A stretch of 64,000 nt of DNA from an uncultured Candidatus Saccharibacteria bacterium (lineage in GTDB: Bacteria; Patescibacteriota; Minisyncoccia; Phycocordibacterales; UBA918), in NCBI GenBank assembly GCA_964350985.1, contig CAYGLK010000001.1:158636-222635 (forward strand), in the 5' to 3' direction. Positions 53,489 through 63,449 of the stretch are shown piece after piece; the first letter of the stretch is position 1; each line of letters starts with the position of its first letter. The position numbers and the translations under genes were made by a program. Under the pieces are notes generated by a model. The model was not told the origin of the DNA. It worked only from the letters and a program-made list of their open reading frames with translations, and searched no databases.

Positions 53489-55168
53489 ATGATTTGTCAT
53501 TACTACGAAGCTCCAACCTATCTTTTCTTTGCGGCGGACTTGCCAGCTCTTTTGTATTACTCACATATTCCAACCGCAATCCTAGCCTTACTGATAGGCA
53601 TGGTTTTACTAGTAAACAACCCCGGTAGACTAGTAAACAGACTCCTTTTCTCAGTTACTGCATTATTCGGAGTGTGGACTATCCTGAACTTAATTACTTG
53701 GACAGCCATTAATAGCGGCATGATCCTTTTCTCATGGTCAATGATGGCAGTCGTAGATTCGTTAATTGCAATTTTTTCAATTTATTTTGTATATGTTTTT
53801 ACGCACGAAAAGGATGCCCCTCTGCGACTAAAGGCCGCGTTAGTTGCGTTAGTTCTGCCGGTAATTTTATTTGTTCATACAAATTTAAATTTAAGTGGCT
53901 TTAATATCTCTGATTGTGACGCTTTTGGTTATGAGGGTTTTTGGTATGATATTTATTACACCTCGCTCAGCGCTGTAGCTATAATATGGTCACTGTACTT
54001 TTTTATTAAAAGATATAAACAGGCCGACAGACAATTTAGAAAACAAATTATAATGATGGCTGTTGGAATCAATTTTTTCCTGCTTACCTTTTTCTCAGTT
54101 GTTTGGTTAGCAGGGTATCTAACCACTATCGGAGTTTTTGAGGATTCAGATCTTGAATTGTACGGAATGTTTGGAATGTCAGTTTTTATGGTCTTAATTG
54201 GAGTGTTGGTGGTAAAATTTAAGACCTTTAGAGTAGGTATATTAGCTTCACAAGCATTGGTTGTCTTACTCTTGATATTGTTAGGAGCCCAATTTACCTA
54301 CCTTGATCTTAGCTTGACCTCAAGTATTCTCAATGGTGTTGCACTCATAATCACTGCAGTGATTGGGTTCTTGTTGGTTAAGAGTGTAAAGAAAGAAGTT
54401 CAACAGCGTAAAAATTTACAGAATCTAACAGAAGAATTAGCATTTGCTAATGAAAAACTGATGAAAATAGATAAACTTAAATCAGAGTTCGTTTCAATAG
54501 CTTCTCACCAATTACGTAGCCCTCTTACAACAATCAGAGGTTACGCCTCACTATTGGTAGAAGAAAGTTTTGGTAAGTTGCCTGAAAAAGCTTTAGAATC
54601 AGTTAACCGAATTGCTGAATCAGCAAGGCTTATGACCCTGTCTATTGAGGATTTCTTGAACGTTTCTCGAATTGAGTCAGGAAATATGAAGTACAATTTA
54701 AGCGAATTTAACGTTCGAGATAAAGCAGAAGAGGTTTGTGATGATTTACGTCCAGTTGCCTTGAAGAAAAGTTTAATATTACTATTCAAAAATGACCTTA
54801 AGGGTAGAGGTCTGGTAAATGCAGACGTTGGTAAAACTGTACAAATTATTCATAATCTTATAAATAATTCAATAAAATATACGGAAAAAGGGACTATCAC
54901 TGTATTTGTCCACGACGAAGAAAAGAATAAAAAAATCTTTATTGAAATTATTGATACTGGTATTGGAATGAGTCAAAAGACCATTAGTTCCTTGTTTGGT
55001 AAATTTTCAAGAGCAGATAATGCTAATTCTGTTAATGTATCTGGTACAGGCTTAGGTCTTTTCGTTGCAAGGAGAATGGCAGAAGCCATGGGGGGTGATA
55101 TTACTGCATACTCTGAAGGAGACGGAAAAGGCTCTCGCTTTGTCCTGACAATGCCTTACGTGATGTAA
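53489..55168 (+). CDS. sensor histidine kinase with an N-terminal multi-TM (about 7-8 helices) sensor domain; no adjacent response regulator
   Basis: HisKA H-box FVSIASHQLRSPLTTIRGY; HATPase_c motifs IIDTGIGM and GTGLGLFVARRMAEAMGG. Confidence 0.85.
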   Translation: MICHYYEAPTYLFFAADLPALLYYSHIPTAILALLIGMVLLVNNPGRLVNRLLFSVTALFGVWTILNLITWTAINSGMILFSWSMMAVVDSLIAIFSIYFVYVFTHEKDAPLRLKAALVALVLPVILFVHTNLNLSGFNISDCDAFGYEGFWYDIYYTSLSAVAIIWSLYFFIKRYKQADRQFRKQIIMMAVGINFFLLTFFSVVWLAGYLTTIGVFEDSDLELYGMFGMSVFMVLIGVLVVKFKTFRVGILASQALVVLLLILLGAQFTYLDLSLTSSILNGVALIITAVIGFLLVKSVKKEVQQRKNLQNLTEELAFANEKLMKIDKLKSEFVSIASHQLRSPLTTIRGYASLLVEESFGKLPEKALESVNRIAESARLMTLSIEDFLNVSRIESGNMKYNLSEFNVRDKAEEVCDDLRPVALKKSLILLFKNDLKGRGLVNADVGKTVQIIHNLINNSIKYTEKGTITVFVHDEEKNKKIFIEIIDTGIGMSQKTISSLFGKFSRADNANSVNVSGTGLGLFVARRMAEAMGGDITAYSEGDGKGSRFVLTMPYVM

Positions 55169-55198
55169 TAAGACGGAAACTTTGCTAAGATACTGGAT

Positions 55199-56161
55199 AT
55201 GGTAAAAAAACGAGTCCTAACAGGATTACAGCCTTCTGGCGTATTGCATATCGGAAACTACTTCGGTTCACTTAAACCTTTGGTTGATTTAGCTGGCGAT
55301 AAGAATAATGAGACCTTCTTAATGGTGGCTGATTATCACGCTTTAACTTCACTTAAGGATGCTGAACTCCTCCGAAAATATATTTACGATATAGTAAAAG
55401 ATTATCTCGCTGCCGGAGTAAATCCTGACGAGGTTGTCCTCTTTAGACAATCTGATAATCCAGACCATATGGAATTAGGTTGGATTTTAAACTGTCTAGT
55501 AACAGTACCTTTTTTGATGCAAGCACACTCATATAAAGATAAGGTGGCTAAGGGCTTAGATGCTAATGCTGGACTCTTTACTTACCCGATGCTCATGGCT
55601 GCAGACATCTTGCTCTACGATACAGATATGGTTCCAGTGGGCGAAGACCAGAGGCAGCATATTGAATACGCACGTGAAGCAGTGACTAAATTTAATAATG
55701 CATTCGGTGAAGTCTTAAAAGAGCCAAAAGAATTGATTGTTCAAGGAGTCGGTGTTGTTCCTGGCACAGACGGACAGAAAATGAGCAAGAGTTACAAAAA
55801 CACTATCCCTCTTTTTGGTACTAAAGATGAAATAGAAAAAGCAGTTATGAGTATTGTGACTGATTCATCTGGAGAGCGTCCTCAGCACGTCTATAACATT
55901 CATAATGTTATTTACCGAGCCTTAGGTAAAAGTCAAAGTGATTTAGTTACTCTATACGAAGACCATAAAGGGAAGTACAAGATTCTTAAATATATCCTAG
56001 TAGAAGATATTGAAACTGTTGTTGGACCAATGCGAGAAAAACGAAATACAATTACTGATGAAGAGGTTAAAGAGTTGCTAGAAAAAGGAGCTAAAAAGGC
56101 TAGAGCAGTCTCTAAGGAAAAGATGGAGACAATTAGAAAAGCTGTTGGTATATCGCTTTAG
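55199..56161 (+). CDS. trpS: tryptophan--tRNA ligase
   Basis: Class I motifs: the HIGH region (GLQPSGVLHIGNY) and KMSKS. Confidence 0.9.
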   Translation: MVKKRVLTGLQPSGVLHIGNYFGSLKPLVDLAGDKNNETFLMVADYHALTSLKDAELLRKYIYDIVKDYLAAGVNPDEVVLFRQSDNPDHMELGWILNCLVTVPFLMQAHSYKDKVAKGLDANAGLFTYPMLMAADILLYDTDMVPVGEDQRQHIEYAREAVTKFNNAFGEVLKEPKELIVQGVGVVPGTDGQKMSKSYKNTIPLFGTKDEIEKAVMSIVTDSSGERPQHVYNIHNVIYRALGKSQSDLVTLYEDHKGKYKILKYILVEDIETVVGPMREKRNTITDEEVKELLEKGAKKARAVSKEKMETIRKAVGISL

Positions 56162-56168
56162 TTTCTCC

Positions 56169-56197
56169 TTGACCAAGTACAGTTCTGTTTATACAAT
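56169..56197 (+). promoter_or_regulatory. sigma70-like promoter TTGACC-17-TACAAT driving the aspS leader
   Basis: Seen directly; it places the transcription start about 187 nt upstream of the aspS ATG. Confidence 0.5.
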
Positions 56198-56203
56198 CAA
56201 GTA

Positions 56204-56391
56204 AACCAAAGAAGCAGCTGACACTGCTGAGGTGAGAGCAGAAAAGCCTGTCGGGCTTAGTAGACCTCTCCGTCTTTTGCACGAAACGCATATCTCAAAG
56301 CGCTCTACCTTATAAGTAGAGAAGTAGGGTGGCACCGCGGTTCTACCGCCCCTATATTACTAACTAGTTAATATACAAACCCTAAAAAGAT
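56204..56391 (+). ncRNA. T-box riboswitch-like leader upstream of aspS
   Basis: AGGGTGGCACCGCGG at about 56326-56340 is an exact match to the conserved T-box sequence AGGGUGGNACCGCG. N=C would pair with the G discriminator of tRNA-Asp/Asn. It is immediately preceded by a perfect stem III-like hairpin (ctctac-cttataa-gtagag). Upstream helices contain a GAC (Asp) codon in a loop. A small hairpin gcggt-tct-accgc follows; no strong U-tract terminator is seen. Confidence 0.55.
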
Positions 56392-57789
56392 ATGCAAAGA
56401 ACAATGATAAGCTCACTCAGTGAGCAGGTAGGAAAGGAAGTTAAAATCTGTGCCTGGGTAGACGTATCACGTCTGCAAGGGAAGATGGCTTTTTTTGATT
56501 TTCGAGATCGAAGTGGGAAAGTGCAAGGAGTTGTTTTCGGAAAGCCTGAAGTATTGGAGGTGGCTAAGTCTCTTAGAACAGAGTTCGTGGTGGCAGTTAC
56601 CGGAATGGTTAATGCTCGTCCAGAAAAAATGCGAAATGATAAAGTTCAGAATGGTGACATTGAACTTGAGATTACTGGAATTGAAGTACTAAACGAAGCA
56701 GAAACAACACCATTTGAAATTACTGAGAATTCTATCAATAAAGATGAGGAAATGCGTTTAAAGTATCGCTACCTTGATCTTCGGACTGAGAGAATGCAAA
56801 AGAATATAAAAGTTAGAAGTGAGTTCGTACGACGCTGTCGAGAGTTTTTGATGAAGCAAGACTTTGTTGAAATTGAGACACCACTTTTGACAGAATCAAC
56901 ACCAGAAGGTTCACGTGACTTTGTGGTACCAAGTCGTCATCATCCAGGTAAGTTTTACGCATTGCCACAATCACCGCAACAGTACAAGCAGCTCCTAATG
57001 AATGCTGGTTTTGAACGCTATGTACAAATTGCTCGTGCTATCCGTGACGAAGACCTCCGAGCTGATCGAGGATATGAACATACTCAAGTCGACGTTGAAA
57101 TGTCTTTTGTTGAGCGCGATGACGTGATGCAGATGATTGAGGACATGATTACAGAAGTAGTTGAATCAATGGGTCATACAATCAAACAAAAGCCTTTTCC
57201 ACGTGTTACTTATGCTGAGTCAATGGCAAAATATGGAGCCGATAAGTTTGATATGCGAGACGAAGAGGATAAAAAGAATGGAGTGCTGGCTTATGCTTGG
57301 GTAATTGATTTCCCTTTCTTTGAAAAGACTGATAAAGGTACTTGGACATTTACACACAATCCATTCTCAATGCCAAAGGAAGAACATCTTTCAGACTTGA
57401 TGGAAGGAAAGAATATCGAGAATATTTTAACCTCTCAGTACGACTTGGTTTGTAATGGATTTGAAGCTGGAGGGGGAAGTATCCGTTCACATAAACCAGA
57501 GATCTTAAAAGCAGTTTACAAAGTGATGGGTAATACAGACGAAGAGACGGCAGAAAAGATCGGACACATTCTAGAAGCATTTACTTTTGGTACTCCACCA
57601 CATGGAGGTATCGCTCTTGGGGTTGAAAGAAATGTTATGAATCTAACTGGAGAAGATGCCTTACGTGAAGTTCAGGCTTTCCCAATGACACGAAAAGGAC
57701 AAACCGCTGTGATGAATGCTCCTAAAGCGCTGACTGTTGAACAGATGCTAGAGCTGGGTCTTTCAGTTAATAAAAAGAAAGGGGAGTAG
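56392..57789 (+). CDS. aspS: aspartate--tRNA ligase, short form lacking the GAD insertion
   Basis: ARAIRDEDLRADRGYEHTQVDVEMSF matches the bacterial AspRS motif-2 region (FRDEDLRADRQPEFTQID.EMSF). 465 aa. Confidence 0.8.
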   Translation: MQRTMISSLSEQVGKEVKICAWVDVSRLQGKMAFFDFRDRSGKVQGVVFGKPEVLEVAKSLRTEFVVAVTGMVNARPEKMRNDKVQNGDIELEITGIEVLNEAETTPFEITENSINKDEEMRLKYRYLDLRTERMQKNIKVRSEFVRRCREFLMKQDFVEIETPLLTESTPEGSRDFVVPSRHHPGKFYALPQSPQQYKQLLMNAGFERYVQIARAIRDEDLRADRGYEHTQVDVEMSFVERDDVMQMIEDMITEVVESMGHTIKQKPFPRVTYAESMAKYGADKFDMRDEEDKKNGVLAYAWVIDFPFFEKTDKGTWTFTHNPFSMPKEEHLSDLMEGKNIENILTSQYDLVCNGFEAGGGSIRSHKPEILKAVYKVMGNTDEETAEKIGHILEAFTFGTPPHGGIALGVERNVMNLTGEDALREVQAFPMTRKGQTAVMNAPKALTVEQMLELGLSVNKKKGE

Positions 57790-57874
57790 AGATCTAGTGG
57801 GGTAGAAAAAGGGTGTCAGGCTTTGCCTGACACCCTTTTCTCGTTTATAAGCGACATAGGGTATAATCTTCAAT

Positions 57875-59305
57875 ATGCTTAAAATCCAGACATCAAACAA
57901 ATCAATTGATCAACTTCCAAAAAATATTTGCCGCTTTATTTTTACTGAAAATCCAGCTACGTACCACCGTTTTGTTGAAACTAGCTCAGGTGAGACAGAA
58001 TATAGAATGGGTCTAGGTAAATGGAACAAAATTAATCAGCGAACTTTTCGAACGCTAGTTCGAACAATTATCCAGACAGCCAAAAGCCATAAAGTAGAAT
58101 CTCTTGCTCTAGATTTTTCTGCTTTAAATTTCCCTAAACTAGAAAATTACGGCGATAAGTGGCTTGCTTCAACCTTGGTAGAAAATCTTCTTTTGGCTGA
58201 CTATGAGTTTACTACCTACAAAACTAAAACAAAGGACAAAGAATCTCTTAAACAAGTCACTGTTACTAACTTAACTAGCAAAGAAGCAAAAGCTGGTTTT
58301 GCTCGAGGTTTAGTTTTGGGTGAACAAATAAATAAGGTCCGGGATATCGCCAATGCTCCAGGGTGCGATATGACTCCAACTCAATTTGGAGAAGCAGCCA
58401 AAGATTTAGCTAAAGGAACTAAAGTATCTATAAAAGTTCTCGGCGAAAAAGAAATCAAAAAACTAAAAATGGGTGCATTGTTGGCGGTGGGGCAAGGAAC
58501 CAAGAGTGAGACTAAATTTATCATTGCTGAATACTGGGGAGCAGGGAAGGCGGCTGGTAAAAATATTCCTGACTCAAAGAAGCCAATTGTCTTGATTGGA
58601 AAAGGAATTACCTACGATAGTGGAGGACTAAATGTAAAACCTTCAGGTTTTATGCATGAAATGCACATGGATATGTCTGGCGGTGCTTCAGTCTTGGCAG
58701 CGATAGTTGCAGCGGCAAAGCTTGGCCTAAAAAAGAATATTGTGGCGCTAGTTCCTTCTGCTGAGAACGCTATTTCAGATGATTCTATGCGGGCTGGAGA
58801 TATTGTTACTTCAATGAGTGGTAAAACGATTGAGGTGCTCCACACAGACGCTGAGGGGAGAATGGTCTTGGCAGACGCTCTTACATACAGTGAGAGATAT
58901 TCACCAAAAGTTATTTTAGATGTGGCTACTTTAACTGGAGCAGCGTTGTCAGCTTTAGGTCAGATGGCTAGTGCTGTTATGACTAAAGATGATGCTTTGG
59001 CAGCAAAGCTAGTTACCTTAGGTGAAACCAGTGGAGATTTAACTTGGCCATTGCCACTATGGGAAGAATATAAGCAAGCCCTAAAAGGTTATAGAGCTGA
59101 TGTTAGCAATATAGCCACAAACTTCTCACGTTTCGGCGGTGCGATTGAGGGAGGTACATTTTTGTCATTTTTTGCACCAAAAAATGTTTCTTGGGCACAT
59201 ATTGATATGGCACCACGAATGAATAGTGTGACTGGAGATAAACTTGCCAAAGGCTCAACCGGAGAACCAGCAAGACTACTTGTAGCTTTTATTGAACAGG
59301 CTTAA
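57875..59305 (+). CDS. pepA: leucyl aminopeptidase (M17 family)
   Basis: HTDAEGRMVLADAL is the M17 signature (NTDAEGRL); two-domain size. Confidence 0.85.
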   Translation: MLKIQTSNKSIDQLPKNICRFIFTENPATYHRFVETSSGETEYRMGLGKWNKINQRTFRTLVRTIIQTAKSHKVESLALDFSALNFPKLENYGDKWLASTLVENLLLADYEFTTYKTKTKDKESLKQVTVTNLTSKEAKAGFARGLVLGEQINKVRDIANAPGCDMTPTQFGEAAKDLAKGTKVSIKVLGEKEIKKLKMGALLAVGQGTKSETKFIIAEYWGAGKAAGKNIPDSKKPIVLIGKGITYDSGGLNVKPSGFMHEMHMDMSGGASVLAAIVAAAKLGLKKNIVALVPSAENAISDDSMRAGDIVTSMSGKTIEVLHTDAEGRMVLADALTYSERYSPKVILDVATLTGAALSALGQMASAVMTKDDALAAKLVTLGETSGDLTWPLPLWEEYKQALKGYRADVSNIATNFSRFGGAIEGGTFLSFFAPKNVSWAHIDMAPRMNSVTGDKLAKGSTGEPARLLVAFIEQA

Positions 59306-59317
59306 AATAATCCTATA

Positions 59318-59932
59318 ATGAATTTAGAAAACTATACACCTGAAGTTATTATGGAGGATCTTAAAAGACTCCAGTATCTTTATGGTTTAAAAAGGGAGGT
59401 TCGCTATGCTCAAACAAGGACTCAAGAAGATAGTACAGAGTCTGTAGCTGAGCATGTCTACGGGATGCATATTTGTGCACTGTATTTTTTACACCTTGAA
59501 AATCCTGAAGGTAATTGGGATAAGACTCGTATTTACGAAATGATGACCCTGCATGATATTGATGAGATCGAAACTGGCGATATATTAGGTTACTTGAAAA
59601 ACGATGCTATGAAAGCCGCTGAAGTAGATGCGATGCGTATAGTATTGGAGAAAGCACCAAACAACATGAGGGAGCAAATGACAGGATTAATAAATGAGTA
59701 TTCTGCCAGAGAGACCCCTGAGGCGAAATTTGCTAAGGCGATAGATAAGATTGAGCCAATGGTACATTGCTACAATGAAAAGGGTAAGGCAATCTTCTTA
59801 AAAAACAAGACAACTGAAAAAGACTCACGATCAATGAAGGAACCATATTTTGATGATTTTCCATATATCACTGCTTTTAGTGAAGCTATACATTCAGCAA
59901 TGGTTAACGAAGGTTTTTTCTACAAAGATTAA
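59318..59932 (+). CDS. HD-domain phosphohydrolase (YfbR-like 5'-deoxynucleotidase family)
   Basis: H...HD motif: AEHVYGMHICALYF ... MTLHDIDEIETGD. Confidence 0.6.
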   Translation: MNLENYTPEVIMEDLKRLQYLYGLKREVRYAQTRTQEDSTESVAEHVYGMHICALYFLHLENPEGNWDKTRIYEMMTLHDIDEIETGDILGYLKNDAMKAAEVDAMRIVLEKAPNNMREQMTGLINEYSARETPEAKFAKAIDKIEPMVHCYNEKGKAIFLKNKTTEKDSRSMKEPYFDDFPYITAFSEAIHSAMVNEGFFYKD

Positions 59933-59968
59933 TTTTGGAACAAAAGAGCGTGGTATTATTAATCCATT

Positions 59969-60718
59969 ATGACAGCTGCTATAGCTAATTCTAATTCTGC
60001 GTTTTCAGTAAAAACCTCAGTCTTTGAGGGGCCGCTTGAGCTATTACTTGATTTAGTTGAGAGACGCAAGCTTCTTATCAATGACATTTCTTTGGCTGCG
60101 GTAACTGATGAATACATGCGACAGGTAAGTGAGATGCAGGAACTTTCACTTCCTAACACGGCTCAGTTTATCACTCTAGCGGCAACGTTACTTTTAGTTA
60201 AGTCAAAGTCACTTCTTCCAGTACTCGAGCTCACTGAAGAAGAGGAGTCTAGTATTGAAGATTTAGAGGAGAGATTACGTTACTATCAAATTATTCGTGA
60301 CGCTTCTTTGGTATTGCAGGAAAATTTTGGAAAAAATATTTTATACACACCTCAATTCACTCCAATCAAAGAACCTCTCTTTGTTCCAGATGATTACTGT
60401 AATTTAGAAAATCTAAAAGAAGCAATTTTTAACGTGCTCCGAGATCTACCAAAAAAAGAAGCTCCGGCCAAAGCTCAGATCAAGATAACTATCTCACTAG
60501 AAGACATGATGCTTCGACTTCAAGATCGTATTTCCAAACAACTCCAAGTCCGTTTTTCTGAATTACACATCGGTGAACCAGAAAGGAAAATAGTCATTGT
60601 CGGTTTTTTGGCAGTATTAGAGCTATTCAAACAAGGAAACTTACTCATTCGACAAGACAGCCTGTTTTCTGACATGGAAATTGAGCTAGATAAGGGCCAA
60701 ACTCCTTCATACCACTAA
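59969..60718 (+). CDS. scpA: segregation and condensation protein A
   Basis: FEGPLELLLDLVERRKLLINDISLAAVTDEYM is the ScpA N-terminal signature. Confidence 0.8.
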   Translation: MTAAIANSNSAFSVKTSVFEGPLELLLDLVERRKLLINDISLAAVTDEYMRQVSEMQELSLPNTAQFITLAATLLLVKSKSLLPVLELTEEEESSIEDLEERLRYYQIIRDASLVLQENFGKNILYTPQFTPIKEPLFVPDDYCNLENLKEAIFNVLRDLPKKEAPAKAQIKITISLEDMMLRLQDRISKQLQVRFSELHIGEPERKIVIVGFLAVLELFKQGNLLIRQDSLFSDMEIELDKGQTPSYH

Positions 60719-60809
60719 ATTTAGCTATCCTAGGGTGCTAGGGACTACCTTATTATTTAAGTGGTTAATTACTTAAAATAAGGCTATTTCTTGTGTTAGA
60801 ATATAACAT

Positions 60810-61352
60810 ATGCCTATAGACGTCCTGATAGAAGGATTGCTTTTTTATAAATCTGCTCCGCAAAAAAAGCAGACTATTTTGAAGTTGTTTGAAATTTCTC
60901 CTGAAGAAATGACAAGTGCTATTGCTGTATTACATGAAAGACTTTCAACTGGCGCTACTAGACTAGTAGAAACAAATGAAGAATTACAGTTGGTTACTTG
61001 TTCAGAATTAGCGCCAGTGATCGAAGCTTTACGAAAAAGTGAAATGAAAGCTGATATTGGAAAGGCAGGTGCAGAAACTTTGGCAATTATTTTATACCAA
61101 GAGCCAGTATCTCGAGCTGAGATAGATCGTATTCGTGGTGTGAACTCTTCTTTTATTTTACGCAACCTAATGATCAGAGGATTGGTCGATAGAACTCATA
61201 ATAAAAATCGAGGTGCTTTTGAGTTTACTATTAGTCCAGCACTGTTAAATTACTTGAGTATTACTCAGAAACATGAATTGCCTGACTTTGCTGTTATAGC
61301 TAATGCCTTGGAAAAATTTAACCAAAGTAATACTGAGGTAGAAAATGTATGA
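60810..61352 (+). CDS. scpB: segregation and condensation protein B
   Basis: IEGLLFYKSAP...ILYQEPVSRAEIDRIRGVNSSFILRNLMIRGLV is the ScpB winged-helix pattern; it follows scpA. Confidence 0.8.
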   Translation: MPIDVLIEGLLFYKSAPQKKQTILKLFEISPEEMTSAIAVLHERLSTGATRLVETNEELQLVTCSELAPVIEALRKSEMKADIGKAGAETLAIILYQEPVSRAEIDRIRGVNSSFILRNLMIRGLVDRTHNKNRGAFEFTISPALLNYLSITQKHELPDFAVIANALEKFNQSNTEVENV

Positions 61353-62383
61353 TAGACGAAGAAAACTACATTATTGAAAGTCCGGAAGAGGTTACCGAAG
61401 ATCCGGAGCCAGAGAAAGGAAAACCTCGATTTCCTGTTAAAAAGCAACTTATTTTAATAGCTGCTTTTCTGCTTATTTTGTTTGGTAGTGTAGTGATTCC
61501 ACAGACCATGGCCATTTTTGATGGTACTAATAATGAACTCAAAGTGCCACAAAATTCTACTTTAACAATTGATACAGAAGTGGTGTCGGTACCACAAAAA
61601 ATTGAGTCAGTAAATCTTCGGGCTAAGTCAGCCTATGTTTGGGATATTGTTGGTCAAAGAATGTTGTACGAAAAAAATCCAGATGAAGTTTTACCACTAG
61701 CTTCAATTACAAAGTTGATGACAGCCTTGGTGGCTTATGAATTAGTTCCAGATGAGACTCTGGTAACTATCTCTAGTTCTGCTGCAGCTGAACAAAGTGG
61801 GGGAGGTATTGCCGCTGGGGAAGTCTTTGTTGTAAAAGAGTTGGCGGACTTTGCGCTAGTGTCTTCGTATAATAGTGCTGCTCATACTTTGGCTGAGTCT
61901 GTGGGAAAAAAACTTGGTAGCGGAGACCCAATGGCACAGTTTGTCGCAGCAATGAACATTAAAGCAGAAGAATTAAGTCTAAAAAGTCTAGAATATTTAA
62001 GTACTACTGGCTTAGATATTTCAACTACTAAAGCTGGTGCATATGGTAGCGCTAGAGATACTAGTTTTCTAATGGAATATATTTATTTAACTTATCCTGA
62101 AATATTATTGCCGACAGTTTCTCCTAGTACTCGGTTGTATAACCAATCTGGAAAACATCATGACGCTGATAATACTAATGACATTATTGGTGAAATTCCA
62201 AATCTGCTTGGATCTAAAACTGGCTACACTGATTTGGCTGGGGGTAATTTAACTATAATTTTTGATACTGGATTTAATCGACCAATAGTCGTGACTGTCC
62301 TTGGTTCTACTCGAAACGAAAGATTTGCCGATATAAAAAAGTTAGTAGCAGCGGTACAAGACTCAATGTTTAATTCACAATAA
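61349..62383 (+). CDS. D-alanyl-D-alanine carboxypeptidase (S11 family, low-molecular-weight PBP)
   Basis: SxxK in ASITKLMTA; KTG in KTGYTDLAGGNL; N-terminal TM anchor. Confidence 0.75.
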   Translation: MIDEENYIIESPEEVTEDPEPEKGKPRFPVKKQLILIAAFLLILFGSVVIPQTMAIFDGTNNELKVPQNSTLTIDTEVVSVPQKIESVNLRAKSAYVWDIVGQRMLYEKNPDEVLPLASITKLMTALVAYELVPDETLVTISSSAAAEQSGGGIAAGEVFVVKELADFALVSSYNSAAHTLAESVGKKLGSGDPMAQFVAAMNIKAEELSLKSLEYLSTTGLDISTTKAGAYGSARDTSFLMEYIYLTYPEILLPTVSPSTRLYNQSGKHHDADNTNDIIGEIPNLLGSKTGYTDLAGGNLTIIFDTGFNRPIVVTVLGSTRNERFADIKKLVAAVQDSMFNSQ

Positions 62384-62389
62384 ATTATT

Positions 62390-63448
62390 ATGGAAACTCT
62401 CATCATCAAACTACTTTTACCCTCTGTAATGACTTTTTGTGTTGGGATTCTTATTTCTCCGATTTTGACTCATTACCTTTATAAATATAAAGTTTGGAAA
62501 AAGGAAGGTGGCAAGTTAGCTATCGGTGGACACACGGCCGTTGAATTTAACCGACTTAAAGGAGTTAATGAAACAAAAACACCTAGAATGGGAGGTATAG
62601 TTATTTGGGGAAGTGTTTTTATTACTTTTGCATTACTTTATATCTTGGCTGCACTTAGTAGTAATACCTTTTTCTCAGAATTATTTTTCTTGAGCCGCTC
62701 ACAAAACTGGATACCGGTAGCTAGTCTGTTAGTAGGAGCACTACTAGGTTTTTTGAATGATTTTTATGATGTTCAACATGGGGGTAATGGAGTTAGGCTG
62801 TCTGTACGTTTAGGCTTAATTACTCTCTTGTCTACTTTTATGGGGTGGTGGTTTTATGCAAAACTAGGAGTAGATAGCATCGGAATTCCATTTTTTGATC
62901 CGCTTTACATTGGCTTTTTAATTATCCCTTTCTTTGTCCTGCTGACAATGGGACTTTATGCTAGTGGAGTGATTGATGGAATTGACGGCCTGTCAGGCGG
63001 AGTCTTTGCTATTATATTTTTTGCTTATGGTGGAGTGGCAGTACTTCAGTCTCAGTTTGATCTAGCTGCTTTCTGTTTGATGGTTACTGGTGGAATTTTA
63101 GCTTTTCTTTGGTTTAACGTTCCTCCGGCTCGTTTTTGGATGACTGAGACAGGTTCGATGGCCTTAACGCTGTCACTCGCCGCGGTGGTGATGATGACAG
63201 ATGATTTGGTCTCAGGTCATGGGATCGCATTGTTGCCTGTAATTGGTTTCCTTTTAGTACTTACTGTTTTGTCCAATGTGGTTCAGATTTTTTATCGAAA
63301 ATTAACTGGTAAGAAACTACTCCGAATCGCACCTTTACATCATCATTTTGAAGCTATTGGTTGGCCGTCATATAAAGTAACCATGCGGTATTGGATTATA
63401 AGTATGATCTGCGCTGGTGCCGGACTGGTTTTAGTCGCTATTATCTAG
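62390..63448 (+). CDS. mraY: phospho-N-acetylmuramoyl-pentapeptide-transferase
   Basis: Polytopic; conserved DG(I/L)DGL region (VIDGIDGLSGG) and C-terminal PLHHHFE motif. Confidence 0.9.
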   Translation: METLIIKLLLPSVMTFCVGILISPILTHYLYKYKVWKKEGGKLAIGGHTAVEFNRLKGVNETKTPRMGGIVIWGSVFITFALLYILAALSSNTFFSELFFLSRSQNWIPVASLLVGALLGFLNDFYDVQHGGNGVRLSVRLGLITLLSTFMGWWFYAKLGVDSIGIPFFDPLYIGFLIIPFFVLLTMGLYASGVIDGIDGLSGGVFAIIFFAYGGVAVLQSQFDLAAFCLMVTGGILAFLWFNVPPARFWMTETGSMALTLSLAAVVMMTDDLVSGHGIALLPVIGFLLVLTVLSNVVQIFYRKLTGKKLLRIAPLHHHFEAIGWPSYKVTMRYWIISMICAGAGLVLVAII

Positions 63449-63449
63449 T

